The notes beneath the pieces were generated by a model, which had not been told where the DNA came from, ran no database searches, and worked only from the letters and a program-made list of their open reading frames with translations. From Kiritimatiella glycovorans (GTDB taxonomy: Bacteria; Verrucomicrobiota; Kiritimatiellia; Kiritimatiellales; Kiritimatiellaceae): 32,000 nucleotides of DNA. Shown here piece after piece: positions 25,014 through 32,000 of this stretch; the first letter of the stretch is position 1; every line of letters starts with the position of its first letter. The translations under genes and the position numbers were made by a program. Location: contig NZ_CP010904.1 of the NCBI RefSeq assembly GCF_001017655.1, positions 2,370,001 through 2,402,000 on the forward strand, in the 5' to 3' direction.

Positions 25014-26159
25014 ATGTTCCTGTATCAGCAGACGCAGCGTTTTTTTGTGCAGATCGCCGGAGGGTTCGACGAAGTCGCGCGCGGCGAACTGACCGAACTC
25101 GGCGCGCGCGAGATCAAACCGGCCTACCGCGGCATGCATGTGGCGTCGGACCTGACCACCCTCTATCGCATGAACTACGAGGCCCGGACGGTCGTCCGCG
25201 TGCTCGCGCCCCTGGCGGGCTTCGACTGTCACAGCGACCGCTACCTCTACCGCAGGGTCAGAGGCCTCGAGTGGAGCGCGCTGATGGATCCCGACCGGTC
25301 GTTCGCCGTGCAGGCGATCACCGCGGACACCCCCGGCCTGAAGAACTCGAACTACGCCGCGCTCAAGGTCAAGGACGCCCTGTGCGATTATTTCCGCGAT
25401 GAAACCGGCCGCCGCCCCCGGGTGGATGTCCGCAACCCCGACGTGGGCATCCACCTCTTCGTGAAGAATAACCACGCCACGATCAGTCTCGACACCTCCG
25501 GCGGATCCCTGCACAAGCGCGGATACCGGATCGCCCGCGTACAGGCCCCGATGGCCGAAACACTCGCGGCGGCGGCGATCCGCCTGTCCGGGTGGGACGG
25601 CGAACAACCGCTGGTCGATCTCATGTGCGGTTCGGGTACGCTCCTCTGTGAAGCGGCCATGCACTGCAGCCGGATTCCGGCCGGTTTCCTCCGTAAACGA
25701 TGGGGATTCGAGTCGCTGCCCGACTTCGACCCGCGCGCATGGAAAAATGTGAAGGCCCATGCGGACGGCGCCATGCGTCCGCTCCCGCCCGGTCTGATCC
25801 GCGGCTCGGACCTCGATCCGAAAGCCGTGTCGGCCGCCCGCGAGAATTTCGATCGCCTGCCCGGATGCCGCAACCGGGCGAGCTGGGAGGTGCGCGACTT
25901 CCGGTCGATCGAGCGGATCCGGGACAGCCTGATCGTGATCAACCCCCCCTACGGCGTCCGCCTCGGCGAACGCGAGGATGCCGAGCAGCGCATGAAGGAA
26001 CTGGGCGATTTCCTCAAGCAGCGCTGCACGGGCTGTACGGCCCTGATATACGCCGGGGACCGCCGGCTGCTCAGGAAGATCGGCCTCAAACCGGAGTGGA
26101 GACAGGATTTGAATAACGGCGGACTGGAAGGCGTGCTCGGCCGGTACGAGCTGTATTAA
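25014..26159 (+). CDS. THUMP-domain class I SAM-dependent RNA methyltransferase (RlmL/YpsC-like)
   Basis: ORF 24666..26159 trimmed to ATG 25014 (MFLYQQTQRFFVQIAGGFDE). SAM motif I is LVDLMCGSGTLLCEA and the catalytic motif is VINPPYG. Confidence 0.85.
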   Translation: MFLYQQTQRFFVQIAGGFDEVARGELTELGAREIKPAYRGMHVASDLTTLYRMNYEARTVVRVLAPLAGFDCHSDRYLYRRVRGLEWSALMDPDRSFAVQAITADTPGLKNSNYAALKVKDALCDYFRDETGRRPRVDVRNPDVGIHLFVKNNHATISLDTSGGSLHKRGYRIARVQAPMAETLAAAAIRLSGWDGEQPLVDLMCGSGTLLCEAAMHCSRIPAGFLRKRWGFESLPDFDPRAWKNVKAHADGAMRPLPPGLIRGSDLDPKAVSAARENFDRLPGCRNRASWEVRDFRSIERIRDSLIVINPPYGVRLGEREDAEQRMKELGDFLKQRCTGCTALIYAGDRRLLRKIGLKPEWRQDLNNGGLEGVLGRYELY

Positions 26160-26269
26160 ATGCGGATGAATTTGTGAGGAACCCGGGGAAAATCGTGGCC
26201 AACAAGGAGCTGAAGGCGACGCGGTAAACCGCGCGCCTTAGCGCAGCCGTTCGGCGGCAGGAAAGCGAG

Positions 26270-26297
26270 TTGACGCCATCGCATTCAGAGGTAATAC
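26270..26297 (+). promoter_or_regulatory. sigma70-like promoter candidate for the mazEF-like operon (TTGACG-N16-TAATAC)
   Basis: The -35 is TTGACG at 26270-26275 and the -10 is TAATAC at 26292-26297. The antitoxin ATG at 26305 is only 7 nt past the -10 and has no SD. Confidence 0.4.
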
Positions 26298-26304
26298 TAC
26301 GGGT

Positions 26305-26541
26305 ATGAAAGCCGCAGTATCTATTCCGGATGACGTATTCGAGCAGGGAGAGCGGCTTGCCCGCCGCCTGCACACGTCGCGCAGTCAGTTGTACGCGCGA
26401 GCGCTGGCCGATTTCGTCGTCCAGCACGAGGACGACAAAATCACCTCCTCCATGAACACCGTTCTGGAGGAGGTCGGGGCAGAACCTGACGAATTCACCC
26501 GGAGGGCCGCACGGCAGACGTTGCGGCGTTCCGAATGGTAG
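26305..26541 (+). CDS. ribbon-helix-helix (CopG/MazE-type) antitoxin
   Basis: 78 aa. The N-terminal MKAAVSIPDDVFEQGERLARRLHTSRSQLYARALADFV has an RHH pattern. It overlaps the downstream toxin gene by 7 nt. Confidence 0.8.
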   Translation: MKAAVSIPDDVFEQGERLARRLHTSRSQLYARALADFVVQHEDDKITSSMNTVLEEVGAEPDEFTRRAARQTLRRSEW

Positions 26542-26879
26542 TCAGCCAAGGCGATGTGTGCTGGGCAGAACTGGACGAGCCAACGGGCTCAGGCCCGGGT
26601 TTCAGCCGCCCGGTCTTGGTGGTCCAATGCGATGCCATCAATCGAAGCCGAATCGGCACGGTTGTCTGCGTCCCCCTCACAAGCGACACCAAATGGGCCT
26701 CAGCTCCCGGCAATGTGTTGCTGAAGTCGTCGGCGACGGGGCTCCCGAAGGACTCCGTTGCGAAGGTCTCCTTGATCGTTGCCTTAGACCGCAGCCAAAT
26801 CGCAGAGCGAGTTGGGAAACTGGCGCCCCGGCATGTGACTGCCGTCATCAACGGAATTGACGTCATTCTCGGGCGATGA
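26535..26879 (+). CDS. mazF: MazF/PemK-family type II toxin endoribonuclease
   Basis: 114 aa with GDVCWAELDEPTGSGPGFSRPVLVVQ...VVCVPLTS, the canonical PemK/MazF SH3-like barrel pattern. Confidence 0.85.
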   Translation: MVVSQGDVCWAELDEPTGSGPGFSRPVLVVQCDAINRSRIGTVVCVPLTSDTKWASAPGNVLLKSSATGLPKDSVAKVSLIVALDRSQIAERVGKLAPRHVTAVINGIDVILGR

Positions 26880-27114
26880 GGGCGCCGAACATCCGCCTGG
26901 AGCGCTACGCCGGCGTGGCTCAGGCGGGTCGTCCGCTCGAGAAAGGAGACCGAAAGGAGAGCCGACAAAGAAGCTGAGACGAGATCGCAGCGGAAAACGA
27001 CGTGCATCCGACCATGGTGACGCGCTGCAAAACGATCGTCACGCTCGACTGCTTAAAAAACTGGAACGCGAATTCGAATCGTGGTGGACTAACAGAGCGG
27101 GAGGGCTTTGGTTT

Positions 27115-27741
27115 ATGTCGACGCTGTATCTGCAAGCCCTCGAGTGGGTCTGCGGCGGACCGCTCGAACTCACACTGCGCGGCGGTGAGTGCGTCACGCT
27201 CTCCGGCGCCTCGGGAAGCGGCAAAACCACCCTGCTGCGGGCGATCGCCGATCTCGACCCGCCGGAAGGCGGCGAGGTTCGGCTCGGCGATATGGCACGC
27301 CATGAGATCGAGGGCCCCGCCTGGCGCAGACGCGTCGCGTTCCTCCCCGCCGAGAGCCGCTGGTGGGCGGACACGGTGGGCGCGCACCTGCCCCGGCCGC
27401 CCCTCGAAAACCGGTTCGACCGGCACGCGCTGGCGGAACTGGGGTTCGACGACGCGATCCTTGAATCCCCCGTGCCCCCCCTGTCCACCGGTGAACGCCA
27501 GCGGCTGGCCCTGTTCCGCGTACTCCGCAATCGCCCGCAGGCCCTGCTGCTCGACGAACCCACGGCGGGGCTCGACCCCGTGAGTACGGGAAAAGTCGAA
27601 CGTCTCGTCCGCGAGTACGCCCGCGGCACCGGGGCGCCGGTACTCTGGGTGACGCATACCGCGGAACAGGCCGAACGACTGGGGGCGCGCCGGTATCAGC
27701 TGCGCGCAGGCAAGCTGCATACGGAAGGGGGCAAAGGATGA
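27115..27741 (+). CDS. fetA: ABC transporter ATP-binding protein, FetA/YbbL-like
   Basis: ORF 26857..27741 trimmed to ATG 27115. Walker A is GASGSGKTTLLR, the signature is LSTGERQRLAL, and Walker B is LLLDEPTAGLD. The stop overlaps the next ATG (ATGA). Confidence 0.85.
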   Translation: MSTLYLQALEWVCGGPLELTLRGGECVTLSGASGSGKTTLLRAIADLDPPEGGEVRLGDMARHEIEGPAWRRRVAFLPAESRWWADTVGAHLPRPPLENRFDRHALAELGFDDAILESPVPPLSTGERQRLALFRVLRNRPQALLLDEPTAGLDPVSTGKVERLVREYARGTGAPVLWVTHTAEQAERLGARRYQLRAGKLHTEGGKG

Positions 27742-28541
27742 GCGTGATCGCCCTCAGTCCGCTCGACCTGATGCTCGCCGCCGGCCTCGTCCTCGCCCTG
27801 GCCGCCTGCAGTCGCGCCCTGCAACTGAACGTGCACGGCACCCTGCTGATCGCCGCCGGGCGCACCGTGATCCAGCTCCTGCTCGTCGGACTCGTGCTCA
27901 AGGCCCTCTTCGCCTACGCCGCGCCCGGCTGGGTCCTGCTGATGGCGACGATCATGCTGCTCGCCGCGGGTCGGGAGGTCATCGCCCGCCAGAAACGCAA
28001 ACTGCGCGGACCCTGGGGCTACGGCATCGGACTGACCGCCATGTTCATCTCGTCGTTCGCCGTCACGGTGCTCGCCCTGACGGTCATCGTACAGGCGGAA
28101 CCGTGGTATCGCCCGCAATACGCGATCCCGATGCTCGGCATGCTGCTGGGCAACACCATGAACAGCATCGCACTGGGCATGAACCACCTCACCCGCTCGG
28201 TCGTCGAACAGCGCGAAGCGATCGAAGCGCGGCTCGCGCTGGGACACACCCGCGACGAGGCCGTCGGCGACATCCGCCGGGAAAGCGTCCGCACCGGCAT
28301 CATTCCCATCATGAACTCCATGGCCGCGGCAGGCCTCGTTAGCCTGCCCGGAATGATGACCGGTCAGATCCTCGGCGGAACCCCGCCCGTCGAGGCCGTC
28401 AAATACCAGATCCTCATCATGTTCCTCATCGCCTCCGGGACGGGATTCGGCGCCCTCGCCGCCGTCCACCTCACCGCCCGCAGACTGTTCGACGACCGCC
28501 ACCGGCTGCGACTGGAGGAAAGCCTGAGGGAAAGGAAGTGA
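27738..28541 (+). CDS. fetB: ABC transporter permease, FetB/YbbM (UPF0014) family
   Basis: 267 aa polytopic protein. GMLLGNTMNSIALGMN, IIPIMNSMAAAGLVSLPGMMTGQILGG and KYQILIMF are typical of the YbbM family. Confidence 0.85.
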   Translation: MSVIALSPLDLMLAAGLVLALAACSRALQLNVHGTLLIAAGRTVIQLLLVGLVLKALFAYAAPGWVLLMATIMLLAAGREVIARQKRKLRGPWGYGIGLTAMFISSFAVTVLALTVIVQAEPWYRPQYAIPMLGMLLGNTMNSIALGMNHLTRSVVEQREAIEARLALGHTRDEAVGDIRRESVRTGIIPIMNSMAAAGLVSLPGMMTGQILGGTPPVEAVKYQILIMFLIASGTGFGALAAVHLTARRLFDDRHRLRLEESLRERK

Positions 28542-28557
28542 GCGTGAGCGAGAAGCT

Positions 28558-28750
28558 GGAAGCGCCCGAAGGGCCAAGGCGCGTGACACCGTTCGTAGTA
28601 GCGCCGCACGCCTGCCCCGCAGGCAAGGCGCGTGAAAGATAACGGCCCTGGCCCCGCTGCGCGGACCTGCGGGCCTACTACGAACGTAAGAGAGAACGCA
28701 CGATTGCTTTGCCTGTGCTCTTCTCATCCATCTTTGCGATCTTTGCGCCT
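28558..28750 (-). repeat. REP/REPIN-like hairpin element, copy B (inverted relative to copy A)
   Basis: GTTCGTAGTAG at 28591-28601 is opposed by CTACTACGAAC at 28675-28685. The reverse complement aligns with 17316-17515, apart from the 37-nt extra unit in A. It starts 17 nt after the fetB stop. Confidence 0.7.
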
Positions 28751-28828
28751 TGGCGAGAGACCTTTCTTGTGTTTTCGACCACGGATTACCGATGACACGG
28801 ATGGGAACTCTAAATCGGGATTCACAGA

Positions 28829-28942
28829 CATAATTCGTACTCGAGTTCCTTGAACAGGGGGAGTGGGATCGCGCCTTCGGCGCTCCGAGTACGAGTACGA
28901 GTAAGAGTACGAATTATGTTCACCCCTTCATGCTCTTCATGG
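28829..28942 (+). repeat. hexamer-armed palindromic element, copy B (compact, perfect 14-bp termini)
   Basis: CATAATTCGTACTC at 28829-28842 is the exact reverse complement of GAGTACGAATTATG at 28905-28918. The core is GAGTTCCTTGAACAGGGGGAGTGGGATCGCGCCTTCGGCGCTCC. The right flank TTCACCCCTTCATGCTCTTCATG is shared with copies A and C. Confidence 0.75.
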
Positions 28943-29023
28943 CCGCGACGCAAGCCGTTAGGCGGCGCACTGCGCGGGGTTTTGCAAGAGGCTCTCCTGC
29001 TCAAGCTTCAGTTTTATCTTTTT

Positions 29024-29062
29024 TTACTTGATGTTGACATATATTTACATTCATTGCATCTT
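29024..29062 (+). promoter_or_regulatory. AT-rich putative promoter region upstream of the HTH-EIIA gene
   Basis: This is the only AT-rich block in the region. It contains TTACTT-N16-TACATT and a consensus TTGACA (29034-29039) with a weak -10. The assignment is ambiguous. Confidence 0.3.
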
Positions 29063-29088
29063 CGTCCTTATTTAAGCAGGAGATGATT

Positions 29089-29745
29089 ATGCCTCACAAT
29101 ATTATGACTTTGGAGGAAGTGGCTGAATATCTGCGCGTATCGGAACGGACGGTGTATGACTGGGCGCAGAAGGGGGTGTTGCCGGGCGGGAAGCTGGGCA
29201 CGGCGTGGAGGTTCAGGCGTGCGGATATCGAGGACTGGGTAAACCGCCGACTGGGGTCTGCATCGGAGGAGAGCGCGGGTTCTGCGAGGCGTTCGGGTCT
29301 GGGCGGGGTGTTGACGTCGGAACGGGTGATTTTCCCTGATGCGGACACCAAACAGGGGGTGCTCGAGACGCTGGTTGAAGTGCTTTCGACGGCCCCGGAA
29401 ATCCGGGACGGGGACGAGCTGGAGAAGGCGATTTTCCGGCGCGAGGAGATGATGAGCACGGGCATAGGGTTCGAGGTCGGGGTGCCGCACGTGCGCATCG
29501 CCGGCGTCAGCGATCTGGTGATGGCCGTGGCGGTCTGTCCGGACGGGATTCCGGATTACGAATCGCTCGACGGCGCGCCGGTGAGGATCGTCTGCATGGT
29601 GGCGGCGCACCGCGATCAGCACGCCGGATACATACGAACGCTCGGGGCGATCAGTTCAGTACTCAAGCACGGCGAGGCACGCGAACGCATTTGCCGCGCG
29701 GGGTCGCCCGAGGAAGTCTGTCGACTGCTCAAGGGAGAGGGCTGA
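29089..29745 (+). CDS. fusion of an excisionase/MerR-type HTH DNA-binding domain with a PTS EIIA type-2 (PtsN/EIIA-Ntr-like) domain
   Basis: The N-terminus is MTLEEVAEYLRVSERTVYDWAQKGVLPGGKLGTAWRFRRADIEDWV (HTH_17 pattern). The C-terminus has an EIIA-2 pattern with a candidate phospho-His in GFEVGVPHVRI. ATG 29089 is favoured over 29083 by AGGAG spacing. Confidence 0.8.
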   Translation: MPHNIMTLEEVAEYLRVSERTVYDWAQKGVLPGGKLGTAWRFRRADIEDWVNRRLGSASEESAGSARRSGLGGVLTSERVIFPDADTKQGVLETLVEVLSTAPEIRDGDELEKAIFRREEMMSTGIGFEVGVPHVRIAGVSDLVMAVAVCPDGIPDYESLDGAPVRIVCMVAAHRDQHAGYIRTLGAISSVLKHGEARERICRAGSPEEVCRLLKGEG

Positions 29746-31421
29746 TGGGTGCGCTCGACCTTGAGGTGCTGTCGACGCTGGGCCTGGCGGTGCTCGCGGG
29801 GCTGGCGGGCGCGGCGCTGTTCCGCAGGTTGCGCATGCCGCAGGTGGTCGGCTACATCGTGATCGGACTCGTCATCGGCCGCAGCGGTCTGCGGCTGGTG
29901 GACGGCGCGGCACAGGAGACGCTGGAGCCGTTCAACATGTTCGCGCTGGGAATTATCGGATTTCTGGTCGGGGGCGAGCTGCACGCGGACATCTTCCGCA
30001 AGTACGGCAAGCAATTCGTCGCGATCCTCCTCGGCGAAGGCCTGCTGGCCTTCGCACTGGTGGGGGTGCCGTGCGGACTGCTGGTCTACCTGATTACCGG
30101 CGATATGATGGTTTCGGTCTCCTCGGGGGTGGTCTTCGGAGCGATTGCTTCGGCGACGGACCCGGCCTCGACGATGGATGTGCTCTGGGAATACCGCGCG
30201 GCGGGGGCGCTGACGACCGCGATCATCGCGATCGTGGCCCTGGATGATGCGCTGGCGATGACCCTGTACGGGCTGGGCACGGGGGTTGCACGCATCCTGA
30301 CGCGACACGGAGGATCGATCTGGCCGCAGGTCGTGCACACGGTCGTCGAACTCGGGGGCGCCGTGGTGCTCGGCGTCGCGGCGGGCTGGGGTCTGAGCCG
30401 CGGTATCCGCGCCGGGGTGCAGAAAGACCGGACCCTGGCCCTGACCCTGGCGGTCCTGATGCTCGCGGTCGGGATTTCGCTGACGCTGAAACTCGATGTC
30501 GTCCTGGCCGCCATGGCGACGGGGGTCACGCTGATCCATCTCGTCCCGCACCGTTCACGCGAACTGTTCCATGCGGTGCGTGCCTTCAGCGCCCCGGTCT
30601 ATATCCTCTTCTTCGTGCTGGTCGGCGCGAGACTGGGGCTCGCCGCGATGCCCCTCTGGATCTGGGCGCTCGCCGCCGTCTATGTCATCGCCCGCAGCAT
30701 CGGCAAGATGGCCGGCGCCTGGCTCGGGGGAACCCTGTCCGGCGCGGAACCCGTCGTACGCAACGGCCTCGGATCGGCCATCTTCGCGCAGGGCGGCGTG
30801 GCGGTGGGACTCTCGATCATGGCCGGCCACCACCTCTCCGGCATTCCGCTGGGCAACGGGATGAATGTCGGAGATATGATTATTTTCACGGTCACGGCCA
30901 CGACCCTGATCGTTCAGCTCGTCGGCCCGCCCGTGACGAGGTGGGCCGTGCAGCGCGCGGACGAGACCGGCCGCAATGTGACGGAGGAGGACGTCATGGA
31001 CGCCATGACGGTGGCCGATGTCATGAACACCGACATGGAGCCCCTGCCCTCGCACGTGCCCCTCCGGCGCGCCTACGACCTGTTCGCCGAAACCGATGCC
31101 TCGGCGTGTCCGGTCATCGGTCGCAACGGGAATCTCGAGGGGCTGATGACCTTTCACGGGCTGAAGGAGGCACTCTGCGAACCGGGATGCCTGGACTGGC
31201 TCCTGATCGGCGACGTGGCGGGTGCGGCGGACACGACGGTCGAATCGGGGCGCAATCTCGGCGAGGCCCTGCACGAGATGGACCAGATGCAGAGGGACAT
31301 CGTTCCGGTCGTACTGAGCAGGGGCGACGAGATGCCCGCGGGACTGCTGGAACGCGGCCGCGCGCGGCGGCGGGTGCGCGAGGAACTGATGCGGCGCCGC
31401 GGCGGAACCGCAACGCGATGA
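29745..31421 (+). CDS. CPA2-type cation:proton antiporter (Kef/NapA-like) with a C-terminal CBS-domain pair
   Basis: About 11-12 TM helices with a Na_H_exchanger pattern (GYIVIGLVIGRSGL, SATDPAS, DDALAM). The C-terminal 150 aa has two CBS-like repeats (VADVMNTD...PVIGRNGNLEGLMT and GEALHEMDQMQRDIVPVV). The ATG overlaps the upstream TGA by 1 nt, and GGGAGAGGG lies upstream. Confidence 0.85.
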   Translation: MGALDLEVLSTLGLAVLAGLAGAALFRRLRMPQVVGYIVIGLVIGRSGLRLVDGAAQETLEPFNMFALGIIGFLVGGELHADIFRKYGKQFVAILLGEGLLAFALVGVPCGLLVYLITGDMMVSVSSGVVFGAIASATDPASTMDVLWEYRAAGALTTAIIAIVALDDALAMTLYGLGTGVARILTRHGGSIWPQVVHTVVELGGAVVLGVAAGWGLSRGIRAGVQKDRTLALTLAVLMLAVGISLTLKLDVVLAAMATGVTLIHLVPHRSRELFHAVRAFSAPVYILFFVLVGARLGLAAMPLWIWALAAVYVIARSIGKMAGAWLGGTLSGAEPVVRNGLGSAIFAQGGVAVGLSIMAGHHLSGIPLGNGMNVGDMIIFTVTATTLIVQLVGPPVTRWAVQRADETGRNVTEEDVMDAMTVADVMNTDMEPLPSHVPLRRAYDLFAETDASACPVIGRNGNLEGLMTFHGLKEALCEPGCLDWLLIGDVAGAADTTVESGRNLGEALHEMDQMQRDIVPVVLSRGDEMPAGLLERGRARRRVREELMRRRGGTATR

Positions 31422-31428
31422 CGTCTTC

Positions 31429-31812
31429 TCACACCCTGACGATCTGGGGCAGCAGCGAAAAGTGGTCGTCGCGGGAGTAGAGGATCAGGTCGTGCTGCAC
31501 GGCCAGCGCCGCGATCCAGATATCGTGCGTCGGGATCGGTCTTCCGAGCATGCGCAGCTGCGCGAAAATGCGTCCGTAGTGATGACTGGTATCTTCATCC
31601 GGCCTCAACACGGCGACCCGTTCCGAGTTGAGAAACGTCGTCAGCCCCCGCTCGTTGCGGCGTGCGAGCGTCCCGCAGAGAAACCCGGCCCTCAGTTCGG
31701 CCAGCACAATCAGCGGCATGAATATATTTCGGGCGCGCCGCACCACCTGCAGGGCCTCCCGATCTCCGGAACAGAAATCACAGTATCGGTTCGTGTCGAT
31801 TAAAAGGTTCAT
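31429..31812 (-). CDS. vapC: PIN-domain toxin VapC
   Basis: MNLLIDTNRY with the acidic D of the PIN active site, then LAELRAG and IPTHDIWIAALA. ATG 31810-31812 is used; the listed start 31818 is GTG. The ATG overlaps the upstream stop (ATGA). Confidence 0.85.
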   Translation of the reverse strand: MNLLIDTNRYCDFCSGDREALQVVRRARNIFMPLIVLAELRAGFLCGTLARRNERGLTTFLNSERVAVLRPDEDTSHHYGRIFAQLRMLGRPIPTHDIWIAALAVQHDLILYSRDDHFSLLPQIVRV

Positions 31813-32000
31813 CTCCACAGGTCCTCATCGATCTGCTCGAACGCCTTCAGGGCCTCGTCAAACGCGGGATCTTCCACCCAGCTCCCCGACACCGCATCAA
31901 GATCATGGTGTTCGATCGGCTCCTCGCCCACCCCCGCCGACGCCGACAGAGCCTCCACCGCCACATAATTCAGGCTGCGCCCTTCCCGGACGGCCTGCGC
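31809..32000 (-). CDS. VapB-type antitoxin, C-terminal part (5' end outside window)
   Basis: Hand translation of the minus strand is open across the whole stretch: ...RSLNYVAVEALSASAGVGEEPIEHHDLDAVSGSWVEDPAFDEALKAFEQIDEDLWR*. The stop overlaps the vapC ATG. It is absent from the ORF track because no start lies within the window. Confidence 0.6.
   Translation of the reverse strand, partial: AQAVREGRSLNYVAVEALSASAGVGEEPIEHHDLDAVSGSWVEDPAFDEALKAFEQIDEDLWR

Noticed and set aside
26880-27114. Possible small gene or regulatory RNA between mazF and fetA, with a GTGACG...CGTCAC inverted repeat and the in-frame LLKKLEREFESWW peptide
   Set aside because: There is no start codon with an SD, no recognisable family pattern, and the hairpin is short (6 bp, 14-nt loop) without a U-run. 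Evidence is insufficient for any call.

Overview
High-GC bacterial chromosomal window (GC not computed). It is densely coded, and the long antisense ORFs in the track are typical high-GC artefacts. I support about 30 protein genes and one tRNA. Housekeeping genes: gcvPB (partial), an Lrp-family regulator plus aminotransferase, proB-proA, tRNA-Asp(GTC), typA/bipA, xth, crcB, and a THUMP RNA methyltransferase. Accessory or envelope genes: a 1425-aa secreted protein with an internal ~370-aa duplication, a LamG-like secreted protein, and a beta-helix 'choice-of-anchor Q'-like protein tightly coupled to a CvpA-like membrane protein and a HAD-UbiA(DPPR-synthase-like) fusion. Other units are fetAB-like ABC exporter genes, an HTH-EIIA fusion coupled to a CPA2 antiporter with CBS domains, a sensor kinase followed by a SLOG/YpsA-like gene, and an AraC regulator translationally coupled to a LOG-family gene. 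Toxin-antitoxin content is mazEF-like, vapBC-like (partial) and a Phd-like fragment. The most unusual signal is non-coding. There is a 144-bp MITE-like insertion with a perfect 9-bp target-site duplication. There is a REP/REPIN-like hairpin family with GTAG/CTAC heads in two inverted copies 11 kb apart. There is a palindromic element in three copies whose arms are GAGTAC hexanucleotide tracts, plus further period-6 tracts. The secreted-protein architecture suggests a PVC-group organism (Verrucomicrobiota/Kiritimatiellota-like), but that is inference only. All homology statements come from motif recognition by eye; no searches were run.
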